IMG/VR virus record: IMGVR_UViG_3300029288_000077 | Span: 32,001-96,000 of that record | Strand: one strand, 5' to 3' | Source of the DNA: a virus | Lineage: Duplodnaviria > Caudoviricetes | Length of the DNA: 64,000 nucleotides | Shown here: positions 20,710-31,257 of the stretch, one piece after another | Layout of the letters: each line of letters starts with the position of its first letter | Position numbering within the stretch: the stretch's first letter is position 1 | Made by a program: the position numbers and the translations under genes | Notes under the pieces: generated by a model | What the model was told of the DNA's origin: nothing | Database searches by the model: none | The model's input: the letters and a program-made list of their open reading frames with translations, nothing else

Positions 20710-21030
20710 ATGAAGTCTATAGACAAAGCGGTGCAAGTCATTGGACAAGAGCGCAGACACAGCATGCCTGCTAATATACCAAGTGGTTGGGACCAGGCTT
20801 GGCTGGCGGGGTTTTTGAAGGAAATAGAAGCGCACTATGATTCGGTGCAGGAGTTTCAAAGGAGCATAGATGCTGTGCTGCAAGAGTTAGACAGCAGTGA
20901 TGAAAGACTTGGTGTTGGAGCGTATTTGAAAAGTCTTATGGCTGCAGCCAGCAAGTTTGAGGATGCATTGGAAACTGCACACAATTTCTTGAACGTGGAT
21001 CCAGAACACACTGGTATACCTATAGACTGA
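20710..21030 (+). CDS. Putative internal virion protein (KAI tag)
   Basis: MKSIDKAVQVIG; GGAGG RBS. Confidence 0.55.
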   Translation: MKSIDKAVQVIGQERRHSMPANIPSGWDQAWLAGFLKEIEAHYDSVQEFQRSIDAVLQELDSSDERLGVGAYLKSLMAAASKFEDALETAHNFLNVDPEHTGIPID

Positions 21031-21038
21031 GGTGTGTT

Positions 21039-21287
21039 GTGGGTGCTTACCTTAACAAAGCAGTAAAGGTTTTGAGCGGTGTTCCTGCCATACTGTATTC
21101 TCACCCCGAGATTCGGGATTATTACAGAAAAAATGATGAAAAGGTGGTTACTGCTTGGGGAGCTTTATCTGGGCCTGCACACGGCATGCGCATTTATGTA
21201 CAAACAAGGAGCCCAGAACGCATAGATACCTGGAGTCATGAGAAAGGGTTTTGGCATATCGTAGACACACGTAAAGTGGATGTGTAG
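21039..21287 (+). CDS. Putative internal virion protein (KAI tag)
   Basis: MGAYLNKAVKVLSG. Confidence 0.55.
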   Translation: MGAYLNKAVKVLSGVPAILYSHPEIRDYYRKNDEKVVTAWGALSGPAHGMRIYVQTRSPERIDTWSHEKGFWHIVDTRKVDV

Positions 21288-21483
21288 TGTGGGTCTGCAT
21301 CGAGAGTTTGTGGTATCTGAACCATGTGGGCCTGGTGGATATGACTGTGCGTGCTGTTACGATGGTAGGTCCGGTAAGCGTGGTGCCAAGAAACACAAGC
21401 GTTGTAACCATGCGCGTAAAAGTGGTTTGAGACAAAGAGCAAAGCAAGAAACTGCACGAGATACACTTTGAGATCGGATCGAA

Positions 21484-22239
21484 ATGCTTTCTGAGTCACA
21501 AAAAGGTATCACCAAGGATGAGTTGATCCTCATCTATGAACTCATGTACAAGTGGGGTATGATACAATCTTATGAGCGTGAACATGGGTATTTACCAGAT
21601 CATGTGCTGCGATATGCCACGAAGATAGAGTCTGATCTTAGGTTTCACATAAAGCAAGGATTAGAAGCACTCATAGAAGCATGCGAGGCGTGGATAGAAT
21701 ATCACACATTTGACCAAGATGGTTGGTATGTGGACATTTTAGAAATTGATTCATTGAAAGAACAGATCAAACACGCTATGGCAACTTTGTTGATAGACAG
21801 GCACGATGTACTGAAGGTCATAAAAAAGCTGATACCTGTGTACTTAAATGGATATAATGAAAAAGACCTGTGGTCGATAGTGCATCAATTAGAAGATGAA
21901 ATAAAAGCTATTCATAAAGAGTTTTTTTATGAACTTTCTGAAGATGAGTATAAACACTGGATGAATCACCCAGTAGTTAAATCGATAGTGCACATGAAAA
22001 ATAGCTTACAAATACATACTGATGATTTAGGTGATTTAGTATCTGCTTTTAATAGAGGAGTGTCAACAGCACACCACCACGGTCAATTAGGTGAGTATAT
22101 TTTGAAAGACTCCGGTCCACAAATTTTTGATGATCTCTCTTCAGGCAAGTACACAGGACAGTGGGACAAAGACTTGGAAAAGATCTTAGGTAGGAAAGTG
22201 TCAACCTTAATCCTCGCTGCTATAAAGGAGCTGACCTGA
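21484..22239 (+). CDS. Hypothetical protein, paralog of 25699..26493, C-terminal tag
   Basis: Shared W..(Y/F)HTF, H..G...E.IL.D, DDL and LG.KV.T; ends LILAAIKELT. Confidence 0.65.
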   Translation: MLSESQKGITKDELILIYELMYKWGMIQSYEREHGYLPDHVLRYATKIESDLRFHIKQGLEALIEACEAWIEYHTFDQDGWYVDILEIDSLKEQIKHAMATLLIDRHDVLKVIKKLIPVYLNGYNEKDLWSIVHQLEDEIKAIHKEFFYELSEDEYKHWMNHPVVKSIVHMKNSLQIHTDDLGDLVSAFNRGVSTAHHHGQLGEYILKDSGPQIFDDLSSGKYTGQWDKDLEKILGRKVSTLILAAIKELT

Positions 22240-22479
22240 TCATGGACATCGATGTCGTTTTGTTTGAAAATCTGGGTAAAAATGGAGATCTAGAGAGCCT
22301 GGAGATAAATTATTGCATTGGAAAGAGAGAGGCTACGCTATATTTAGACAAAGATGAAGTCGATGGTTTATATCGATTGCAGCAGTGTGATAAAATAGAC
22401 GAGTTAGAAGATGTGCAAGTAAAAGATACTATTTATGAAGAAGTGTTGCACTACGTAGAAAACATGAAAGGGTAAAGAC

Positions 22480-22980
22480 ATGAACTGGTTGAAAAAAGCA
22501 GTGGGTGTATTGGGTGTGGATATGCACGATAAATTCAGACAGAACGTTGAAAGCGGTAAGTGGTTGATAATGAAAATACCACTCTACGCTCGTCGTTTTC
22601 TGGATAACAAACTTGGTAAATTATTTCCATATTATGCTAGTGAACGTCCACAACTGCCTTCTGCTGGAAAACCAGTTACATCGTGGACCCTACCAAGTGG
22701 TTCTAGTGTTCCGTGTCTGGTATTTTTGCCAGGAGACGAAGACATAGCTATGCAATACTTAGATGAGGCCAAGAAATCCCGAACCCAAGAAACCGAAGAG
22801 GGTGCGATTGGGGCAGTTGATAGGGCAATTGCTGTATGGGAACAAAATGGTCCCTTTTTACTAAAAGAGATAACTAATGCTGGGGACACAAAAATAGTAG
22901 CACAGGAACTGCGCAAAGCGGGGTTTGAAATGCGTGCTCTTCCAATGTATGGCAGCCCTAGAGTGTGGTATAAAAGATGA
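22480..22980 (+). CDS. Putative internal virion protein (KAI tag)
   Basis: MNWLKKAVGVLG. Confidence 0.6.
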   Translation: MNWLKKAVGVLGVDMHDKFRQNVESGKWLIMKIPLYARRFLDNKLGKLFPYYASERPQLPSAGKPVTSWTLPSGSSVPCLVFLPGDEDIAMQYLDEAKKSRTQETEEGAIGAVDRAIAVWEQNGPFLLKEITNAGDTKIVAQELRKAGFEMRALPMYGSPRVWYKR

Positions 22981-23072
22981 TTATCAAGGCGCAAGAAGTC
23001 CTTCCAGTCAACGTGGCTATCACTGATACTACTCAGTTGCAAGACGTGTTTGAGAGCAGTGTGGTAAAATAG
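22977..23072 (+). pseudogene. Truncated copy of the 5' end of gene 23456
   Basis: MIIKAQEVLPVNVAITDTTQLQDVFE then early stop; near-identical DNA to 23456-23533. Confidence 0.75.
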
Positions 23073-23174
23073 ATGAGTTAGAAGATGTGCAAGTAAAAGA
23101 TACTATTTATGAAGAAGTGTTGGCTTATACTGAAAACATGAAAGGTAAATTGACATGAACTGGTTGAAAAAAGC
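23055..23174 (+). repeat. Direct repeat of 22381-22499
   Basis: AGCAGTGTG...GATGTGCAAGTAAAAGATACTATTTATGAAGAAGTGTTG...ATGAACTGGTTGAAAAAAGC in both copies. Confidence 0.9.
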
Positions 23175-23454
23175 CATTGAAGAAATGGACAAATATGCTG
23201 ATTTGTTTGTGGTGTCATACGTTGTTAGAGATCCTGAGCGCGGAAATAGAAACAGTGGTGCTTACTTAGTGCGTGCCAAGTCTAAGCTGGACGCAATTCA
23301 AGTAGTAAAAAACATAGCAGAGGATTATTTTAGGGTTTCTGCCACACCGGCTGATAAATACTACCGAGATGATTATGATAGCGTAGAAGAGGCTCTAGAG
23401 GGCAAGAAATTACCTGCAATGAATAAATACCTTCTCCTGTACAGTGGTACATAA
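23155..23454 (+). CDS. Putative internal virion protein (KAI tag)
   Basis: MNWLKKAIEEM. Confidence 0.6.
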   Translation: MNWLKKAIEEMDKYADLFVVSYVVRDPERGNRNSGAYLVRAKSKLDAIQVVKNIAEDYFRVSATPADKYYRDDYDSVEEALEGKKLPAMNKYLLLYSGT

Positions 23455-23455
23455 A

Positions 23456-24928
23456 ATGAAGATTTCAGCGCAGGAAGTCCTTCCAGTCAATGTGGCTATC
23501 ACTGATGTCACTCAGTTGCAAGACGTGTTTGAGCTGTCTTTAGATGAAGCCATGAATTTAGCTATGTCCAATACCCGCAACGGTATCTTGAATACTGCGT
23601 GGTATGAAGGCATCTTGGCCAAGTTGGGTGAAATTGAACGCGATGCATTTACGCTAGGTTTGGCTTCGGCTGGTGTACAAGTCATCAACGAAGTAGAAGA
23701 GCTGCCCATACAAGCCAACGACGTAAAAGTGCAGGTCATAGACACTTCCACCAACAAAGTGATAGAAGAAACTACTGGTGACAACCAGGAAGAGCAAAAG
23801 TTCAAGGATTTGACAAATAAGTATCCTGACAAGAATAAGAATGTGGTGCAAGTCGTAGACAATACCACCAAAAAGGTGATGAAGTCTAACGCCAGCCTTG
23901 GGTATAATGCCCTTCAAGAAAAAATACTTATAGCTACTGACAAGCTGTCTGTGCTGAAGCGGGCTGGTAAGTCCGTGTCTTTAGAAGAAGTAGATGTCAT
24001 CCTGGGCGACCTACCTGGTTGGGCCGTGGAATGTGTACGTGATAGAGTAAAAGACGTAAAAAAAGACGTGCGCAAGAACAAGAGACAGGTCCATAAGACT
24101 GACAGAGAAGAGTCTGATTACCAGAAAGATGTGAGGAAGATCATGCAAAAGCCGAACATAAAAGACGTAAAAGGTGGCAGAGATGACGGGTTGAGCGCCG
24201 GTACCCGCAATGCCTTGATGATCATTGAGAATGATAAGAAATTTTTGGACCTGGCACTTAGTATCATTGCAGATGGTGGTTGGGAAAGTGAATTGTTCAA
24301 GGCTTTTGATGATGTGGTGGGCGGCAATTTACCAGCGTATGCGCGCAGTAGTGTGGTGGACTGGAAATTCGTAGCAGAGTATCTAAGGAAAGAATGCTCC
24401 ACATCTTTGTTTGAGGAGGATGCTTGTGATGTGAAGCGCATGGAACCAGGCAGGGACGAGTGGCACCACGGCGCTCTAGACGTAGATGCTGATCATCTTG
24501 AGCAGGAAAAGCGCGAGCTAGAAGATATAGTGATGAAGCGTCAAGATGAACTACCTAATTGGAAGAAACTGCTTGATAAAATCAAGAGAGCACTGTCTAT
24601 CTCTGAGGTACGTGAAGTGTGGGACGACGTAAAAGACACGGCTACTATAGCTGAAAGTGAGGCTTGTGACATGACTGCAAAGAGAGCGCAATTGGAAGAG
24701 GATCAAGAAGACTTTGATGAGGGTGAAGACTTGAAGGAGACTGACCCAGAGACTTGGATCGCTGAGAGTTACATCAATGGCAATTTGCAAGACATCAAGC
24801 ATGAGTTGAAGAGCATGCAGCCTATGGAAGCCATTTCATTGGCCATAGCTGCCTATTACTACCTGTTGGACATGGATCGCAAAGAGGCCGGTGCCTACTT
24901 GCGCTGGCTCATGAGGACAGGCGCTTGA
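23456..24928 (+). CDS. Modular acidic putative virion protein
   Basis: MKISAQEV tag; internal KSNAS and KRAQ sites. Confidence 0.6.
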   Translation: MKISAQEVLPVNVAITDVTQLQDVFELSLDEAMNLAMSNTRNGILNTAWYEGILAKLGEIERDAFTLGLASAGVQVINEVEELPIQANDVKVQVIDTSTNKVIEETTGDNQEEQKFKDLTNKYPDKNKNVVQVVDNTTKKVMKSNASLGYNALQEKILIATDKLSVLKRAGKSVSLEEVDVILGDLPGWAVECVRDRVKDVKKDVRKNKRQVHKTDREESDYQKDVRKIMQKPNIKDVKGGRDDGLSAGTRNALMIIENDKKFLDLALSIIADGGWESELFKAFDDVVGGNLPAYARSSVVDWKFVAEYLRKECSTSLFEEDACDVKRMEPGRDEWHHGALDVDADHLEQEKRELEDIVMKRQDELPNWKKLLDKIKRALSISEVREVWDDVKDTATIAESEACDMTAKRAQLEEDQEDFDEGEDLKETDPETWIAESYINGNLQDIKHELKSMQPMEAISLAIAAYYYLLDMDRKEAGAYLRWLMRTGA

Positions 24929-25404
24929 TAGTACGTGCTTCACAAGTCTTGGGTGCTGGCAAGAGGTTTTTGCTATATGCACATCTTACTTTGACAGGCA
25001 GAGCACCCAAAGTGTTGAAGGTACTTAGTGAAGAGCAACGTGATGGATATGTAATCAGAAAAGAGATGTGGGACACAGCCGGTCTTGTGCCAGAGCCCAT
25101 GGAGATGATTACGTGTTACACACCGTCTGGTGATTGGATAGGTGAGGAAAAGACAGCCAAATTTTTGGTAGAAGAGATGGGCATAGCTCCTGAACTGTCA
25201 GACCCAGATCATTCAGTGTGCAGCACAGGATTTTGTGCCAAAGAAAATAGATGGTACGGGTGGTCACACCGCGCCATCCACGGATTTGGTGTAGGTGATA
25301 AGTTTGAAGAGTGGTACCCAGAAGGCGGAGTTGAAGGTAAAAAGATAGAAACACTAGAAGAGGCAAGGGCTGCTGCTAAAGCCTTTGCTGAATCAGTAAG
25401 CTGA
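24925..25404 (+). CDS. Conserved phage protein (WYGWSHRA motif)
   Basis: STGFC..ENRWYGWSHRAIHGF; MIVRASQ tag. Confidence 0.6.
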   Translation: MIVRASQVLGAGKRFLLYAHLTLTGRAPKVLKVLSEEQRDGYVIRKEMWDTAGLVPEPMEMITCYTPSGDWIGEEKTAKFLVEEMGIAPELSDPDHSVCSTGFCAKENRWYGWSHRAIHGFGVGDKFEEWYPEGGVEGKKIETLEEARAAAKAFAESVS

Positions 25405-25698
25405 GGTGTTGTATGAGTTCCTTTCACATTGAAAATCTGAAAGAAGATTTGCAGTATTTTACTAGGGAGTTCAAAAAAGTGATGTCACAGGTAGATGCTG
25501 CATCGCACACCTTAGATCAAGTGATGAGCGAAGTGAATAACAGCATCGGGCATGCAAATAGATATGAGACACAAACACGTAGCATGCAAGAGTCAAGGGA
25601 GATAGCCCACTTTTCTGAGAAGTTAGAGACTTTGGCCCTGCAAATGGACCGTGTAGCTAAATTACTTGACGATGCTGTATTATCTACGGTAAAATGAT

Positions 25699-26493
25699 AT
25701 GATGGTATTGGGCGCATACGGTGATCCTATAAATCAACAACAGTTTGTTTCTTTGTGTGAGCGTGCAGACGAGTTGCATGCTAAGCTGGGTTACGCTTAT
25801 GTCATCAAAAGAAAGACTGGGTGGTTGTCAGATTCAGCTATGTCTTATGTTGGTAAGATGGAGCAAGAATTAGATTTAACATTAAACCAGATCTTTGACT
25901 TGGTGAAGGAATCATTAGATATGTGGGTGGATTTTCATACATTTGAAGGATCGTTAGAACACATACTGGGTGGTGTCGCGTCTGGATTAGATGCTGAATA
26001 CTGGTACAATCAATTTACTGAGTGGGTGGGGTCACAACCAGCACTGGACAGACTCATTTATTCAGCCACCAAGCACACAGAATCACATGCCACGTGGGCG
26101 TATGAATCTTTTGATCATGCCTTTAATAAAGATAAAAATACATTCATCAAGATTTGGAAGCGGGTATACCCGTATTTTATGAAAAGCTACCCAAGCCTAA
26201 ACAAAGCTTTGGTCAATACACAAAACGTGTTATCAGAAATGCAGTCTCCTCCCGCAGATTTGATGGATAAGGCTGCTTTATACCAAAAGTTTATGAATCT
26301 GGTACATTCTACTGGCCCAATGTTAGAGCACATACTTGAGGATGATAGCATGGCCAGGAAAGTGATGGATGATTTAGCACACAATCGTTATATAAACGAT
26401 ACTGAGTGGAAGAAGGAAGTAGAAAATAAGTTGGGGAGTAAAGTGGCTACTAGGTATCTGGTGTTGGCAATAAACGTGTTGGGTGAAACATGA
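25699..26493 (+). CDS. Hypothetical protein, paralog of 21484..22239, C-terminal tag
   Basis: Ends YLVLAINVLGET. Confidence 0.65.
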   Translation: MMVLGAYGDPINQQQFVSLCERADELHAKLGYAYVIKRKTGWLSDSAMSYVGKMEQELDLTLNQIFDLVKESLDMWVDFHTFEGSLEHILGGVASGLDAEYWYNQFTEWVGSQPALDRLIYSATKHTESHATWAYESFDHAFNKDKNTFIKIWKRVYPYFMKSYPSLNKALVNTQNVLSEMQSPPADLMDKAALYQKFMNLVHSTGPMLEHILEDDSMARKVMDDLAHNRYINDTEWKKEVENKLGSKVATRYLVLAINVLGET

Positions 26494-26975
26494 AAAAGCC
26501 GATTGAAAAGGTAGATCCTGTGGAAAAACACTTCCTCAAACAGGCCGCTAAAGCCACAAAGCTGTCCACAGTACGGGCTTGTATTGAGGTGGGTGGGTGT
26601 CAAATACAAGCCTTTGTGGCCGAGACACAGCTACAAAAACAGGCCGGTCTAAGTGTATTGGCTGCACTAGGCAACTATGAAGGTATGTACTTTCCGTTCA
26701 AGGAAAGACAGTCAGTCACTTTTCACATGGGTGGTGTGAAGTTTCCCATAGACATCATATTTTTGACCAAAGATGATGAGCACAACTATATGAAGGTGGC
26801 TAGAATTATTAGTGATGTGGAACCAGACGATAAAGAGAGCTGGACAGAAGAGGCGGATGCCGTGTTAGAGGTGGGTGGCGGTCTGTGTGCATCGCACGGT
26901 ATAGGCATCGGAGATGCATGTAAGATCAAGTACTCTGTGTCCGAAACATACGCTGGTAGCGTATCAACACTGTAG
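26490..26975 (+). CDS. DUF192 family protein
   Basis: AET..QKQAGL, GMYF, FHM..VKFPIDIIF, AVLEV.GG. Confidence 0.8.
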   Translation: MKKPIEKVDPVEKHFLKQAAKATKLSTVRACIEVGGCQIQAFVAETQLQKQAGLSVLAALGNYEGMYFPFKERQSVTFHMGGVKFPIDIIFLTKDDEHNYMKVARIISDVEPDDKESWTEEADAVLEVGGGLCASHGIGIGDACKIKYSVSETYAGSVSTL

Positions 26976-27096
26976 TTATACTACACTGTGCAAGATTGTA
27001 GTATAATCATACCTATAAAACTCGTTGGTTAATAGCCTCATCCTCCAACCCAGTACAATATAAGGCGCGTATAACCTTACCAAGAGGTAGGATTCT

Positions 27097-28368
27097 ATGA
27101 AAGTACAAGCCCAAGAAGTCATAGACCAGCCGATGTTTCCGCTCGAAGAGGAGCACCCTCTTGAAGATGTGGAGGGCGTCTCTGTTGAGCCCAACGAAAT
27201 CACTGAAGACAGTGCACTGACTATAGCCAAGACTTATTGGATGATGGGCTACAACTGGTTAGAGATAGAGATGCTGCTAAAGGATCGGCACTACCCAGAG
27301 TCTATGATATCCAAGGCCGTGAAAGCTGCACAAGCGTATGCCAAAGAGATGTTGTCCAACGGACCGTTTGCTGGTGCTGTTAATGGGCAATACGTCAAAC
27401 TCAAGAATGGTATGTGGGGTGTGGCTGCGCAGCTTACACCCAAACAGGCTGTGTTGACTCTTGAAGATGGCACCAAGCTAAAGACCGAGATCGAGCACAT
27501 AGACGTAGAAGCTACCAAACTGTTGGCTGAATCATTCAAGTTACGTAAGCAGGCCGAACTCATCCTTAATGCCATCCCCAAAGAGTACGTGATACCGGAG
27601 ATGGAGGGGCAACCTGACATGGAGGTTGACCCAGACATACAAGAGTCTTACAAAAGTCTTGTTCAAGAGCGCGCCCCCGCTGGCTGGTCTGAGATCTCGC
27701 CTGAAATCGGTGAGGCTGAACCGGTACATGCTGTGTTGCATAATGTCATCAACAACCTGGAGGGACTGCGGGCGCTGAAAGATGAATTGCAAAAGAGCAT
27801 CAAGAAAGTCAAGGACGAGCAGTTGATGCCGTTGCAGGAGCAGTTCAAGGCCCTGGCGGGCGACGAACAGCAAGAGTTGAGAAACGCTTTCATGATCGTG
27901 GAGCAAATGGAAGACGGTTTGAGTGAAATAGATAAGACGATCTTTAGGGACTATGAAGGTGAGTTGGTGGGCTTCCAGAACAAGATAGTGGAAAATCCGA
28001 TGCCGCCCACCGTGGCTGATGAGTTAGATGCCCTAAAGAAAATCATTGCAGAAAATCATAAAAAGATAGCTCCTGGAATCTTTGCAGCTTTAGAGCAATT
28101 TATGGAGGCCAACACCAAGATTGAGCGCGAACTGCAAAAGACGTTTGCTAAGTACCCGTACCGCAAGCGTCCGAAGAAGGGGCAGTTGGTGGAGAAGGTA
28201 ACTGGTTGGTTCAAGGGCTTGTGGAAGTCTTTGTCAAAGACCATCACTGGTCTTTACGAGACGGTACTCCCCGAGGCAGAAGAGGCCACGGAAGCCGTGC
28301 AAGAGATGAACAGGCAGCTCGATAGCTACCTGAAGACTGCTGCTGTCAAGAAAATCGTGAAAGGGTAA
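27097..28368 (+). CDS. Coiled-coil putative virion/core protein
   Basis: MKVQAQEV tag; long coiled coil. Confidence 0.55.
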   Translation: MKVQAQEVIDQPMFPLEEEHPLEDVEGVSVEPNEITEDSALTIAKTYWMMGYNWLEIEMLLKDRHYPESMISKAVKAAQAYAKEMLSNGPFAGAVNGQYVKLKNGMWGVAAQLTPKQAVLTLEDGTKLKTEIEHIDVEATKLLAESFKLRKQAELILNAIPKEYVIPEMEGQPDMEVDPDIQESYKSLVQERAPAGWSEISPEIGEAEPVHAVLHNVINNLEGLRALKDELQKSIKKVKDEQLMPLQEQFKALAGDEQQELRNAFMIVEQMEDGLSEIDKTIFRDYEGELVGFQNKIVENPMPPTVADELDALKKIIAENHKKIAPGIFAALEQFMEANTKIERELQKTFAKYPYRKRPKKGQLVEKVTGWFKGLWKSLSKTITGLYETVLPEAEEATEAVQEMNRQLDSYLKTAAVKKIVKG

Positions 28369-28372
28369 AGAC

Positions 28373-28909
28373 ATGAAGTCACTAGTAAAAGCAATAAGAG
28401 TGTTATCAGGGACACAAACACTAAAACAGTGGATTGGTAATACTACTTCTGAAAAATATAGTATCCCTGCTGGTGAAGCACCGTCTTCCGCGCCCAAAGA
28501 TCCGAAAGATGCTGCATATAAATTGATGACTAAAGATGAAATTTTAAAAACATTTGATGGAGATGCACAAGGCAACCTCGATTTGAATTACGATAGGTGG
28601 ATCGCTGCAGATGATTCTGCTAATGCACCCAGTGTCATATACCAAACTCAGGGCAGAGATAAAACCGGTGCTTTGAACAAGCGTGCTAGTAGAGACAGCA
28701 AAGAGTGGGAGAAGTGGGAGTTTTTGAAAGAAGTGATGGGTGTTGAAGCCCTGTTATATGAAGTGTTGATAGGTATGAGCAACAAAGAAGCTGAGGATAT
28801 GATTGAGTGGATAGCTCGTATGCATGACATCCACGATCCAATACTGGGTGATGAACCAGAAGAAGATGAGGCTGAGGAAGAGGAAGACACCGAAGACGAG
28901 GAAGAGTAA
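28373..28909 (+). CDS. Putative internal virion protein (KAI tag, acidic tail)
   Basis: MKSLVKAIRVLSG; internal NKRAS; poly-E/D tail. Confidence 0.6.
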   Translation: MKSLVKAIRVLSGTQTLKQWIGNTTSEKYSIPAGEAPSSAPKDPKDAAYKLMTKDEILKTFDGDAQGNLDLNYDRWIAADDSANAPSVIYQTQGRDKTGALNKRASRDSKEWEKWEFLKEVMGVEALLYEVLIGMSNKEAEDMIEWIARMHDIHDPILGDEPEEDEAEEEEDTEDEEE

Positions 28910-29670
28910 CATGGATCGTGATGCGCTAAGACAGCACATCCTCAAGCATTGGGATGACTTGCAACACGCAGAGTTGAATCTCAATACACCTGAGATTTTA
29001 GAGTGCATATTGACTCACGGCAGTGAGACATCTTTGAATCAATTAGAGTCTGAGGTGGAGTTTGCTTTGACTGAGTACAGTGACGTGATGAACGGAGCAT
29101 GACATGGATAGGGAAGCTGCTGATGTAAGAAGAAAGCTCGAAACTTTGTTTGATAATTATGCAAACAAACTGCTTGATTATAGGGATAAGGTAGAAGGAA
29201 TTGAAAATAAAATAGATAATGATGCTGAAGATTTAGACGAAAAAATACTTGAATTAGAGGCTGCAATAGATTCAGATGATGCAGACGCAAAAATTGTAAT
29301 TAAAGAACTTCGAAAATTGGTGAAATTGTTTAGTAAGATGGAAGACGGTGTGTCTAATCTTGTGGTAAAAGTAGACAATCTGTTTAGTGAGCTGGGGTGG
29401 TAGATCCTTGAGTGCTCCTATAAAATACAAGATTTATACTTTAGACGAAGACGGTAAGTTGCGCTTTAAGAAAAAGGGTAACGGCTTGTTTTATGTGCCT
29501 GAGGTGAACAAGTCAGTGGTGGACATAGGAGATCATATCACACTTGATTTAGGTGATACACAGATATTTATAGAGTTAGCATCATTCAAGGCGGTGTGCG
29601 CTGCTTTTATGAACAAGAAAGAGACGAAGAAAAACATAGTACAATTGAAAGTCGTAAATGGAGGAAAGAC

Positions 29671-30309
29671 ATGAATTTTATAGCGAAAGCTGTTGATGTA
29701 TTAGCTGGTTCGAAAGAGAAGCAATTGATCAACAAAATTGTCAAGAAAATTGATGGTGAATTTGCCAGGTATCTGTGGTCTGATTTGTGGACTCACTTTG
29801 ATGAGGAACAAATAGAGGAGTATGCTGACAAATTTGGCATTAAATACACTGGTAACCCCTCTGAAACTATTGATATGATTAGTGGTAAAACTTCTGACGA
29901 TGAAATAAAACAAAACCTAAAGGAACTGTTGACTAACATCTATGATTTAGATATGTTGGTGGCACTGTGGGGAGATGTGGGTGGTGATGTGGAACAGTAT
30001 GAATCACAAACTGTGATAAACTTAAAAAAGGAACTGGAAGACATTGGTGTTCCTGTTAAAAATGTCTATTTAAGTGATGATGCAAGTGCAAGGTTTTCCA
30101 ATTCTTTTTACATAATAATAGATACTGTAGCTGATACAGAAACTTTATCAAAAATAAAAGATTTTGTGCGCAACTTAGATGGAAATGCAAAATTTAAGGA
30201 AATCGTGTACAACAATAAACCTGCTAAAGAGGGTGAATATTACCGTTTAGTGTGTGATATTAATAAGAGTGCAATGAAAAAATTGAAAATGCGAGGAGGT
30301 CTTCTATGA
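29671..30309 (+). CDS. Putative internal virion protein (KAI tag)
   Basis: MNFIAKAVDVLAG; GGAGG RBS. Confidence 0.6.
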   Translation: MNFIAKAVDVLAGSKEKQLINKIVKKIDGEFARYLWSDLWTHFDEEQIEEYADKFGIKYTGNPSETIDMISGKTSDDEIKQNLKELLTNIYDLDMLVALWGDVGGDVEQYESQTVINLKKELEDIGVPVKNVYLSDDASARFSNSFYIIIDTVADTETLSKIKDFVRNLDGNAKFKEIVYNNKPAKEGEYYRLVCDINKSAMKKLKMRGGLL

Positions 30310-30561
30310 AGCTGTATTACGATGTCATCTCGAAGATGTACTCTTTGGAGACTGAGCAGGGACCTGAATTCCTGGGTCCCTTTGCTCATACCCTGCTCAA
30401 GTTGAAGCAGGCTGGTTTGACTGAAGACCAGTCACGTGAAGCCGTGCTCAAAGCCATGTTTGGCTACGGTCGAGCGATTTGCTTAGACGCTGTTATAGCT
30501 GATAATTTAGTGGGTGGGTTGAAAGCCGTACATAATCATACGTACGGAAAGGACAAGGCTG

Positions 30562-31257
30562 ATGAATAACTATCTGTTCCGTGCAATCGCTCAGTTGAAG
30601 GAGTATGTAAGTCCAAGTGTAAAGACACAAGTACCTTTTACTATATCAGAAGAACATCCGCTACCAGTACAAGTGTTACCTAAGGATGAAGAATGCATAC
30701 TAAAATTTATAAATAAAGAAGAGTGCGAAGGTGAGTATGTTACGTCAAGAAGAGACAGCATAGGAACACTAGAATTGTTGGTTGATGGGTGGCACGTAGC
30801 ACAATGGTACCGTCGTAAGATACTTACTGTACCACCAGACACCGAATTAGAGGGTTATCAAAAGAAAGTGGTGGATTTTTTGAAGGAAGTAGGGGGACTA
30901 CGTGTAAAGGACTGGAGAAGCGTTAAAGAAGAAAGCCCCGGCCAGCAAATACCATATTATATGGGCATGCAGTTTGATAGATCGCTAAATAAACGCAGTG
31001 CACAGAACATAATGAACAGCATACTGCGCAATTTGCCGGATGGGTTTATGGTGTATAAGGGCAGAGTCGATTACGGACCGTGGGATGGAAAAGTATATAC
31101 TTTATACGATAAGATACTTGCTTCTGTTATTGGTGTACTTGTTCGTAAAGATAGTAAGCATAAAATAAAGGAATTTATGAATGCAGTTAACTCTATGGAT
31201 GGTGTAACTGAAGCATACTTACTTAGAGACATAGATCACAACATGCTTGATGTGTGA
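30562..31257 (+). CDS. Putative internal virion protein (tag variant)
   Basis: MNNYLFRAIAQLKEY, same leader type as 33723. Confidence 0.6.
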   Translation: MNNYLFRAIAQLKEYVSPSVKTQVPFTISEEHPLPVQVLPKDEECILKFINKEECEGEYVTSRRDSIGTLELLVDGWHVAQWYRRKILTVPPDTELEGYQKKVVDFLKEVGGLRVKDWRSVKEESPGQQIPYYMGMQFDRSLNKRSAQNIMNSILRNLPDGFMVYKGRVDYGPWDGKVYTLYDKILASVIGVLVRKDSKHKIKEFMNAVNSMDGVTEAYLLRDIDHNMLDV

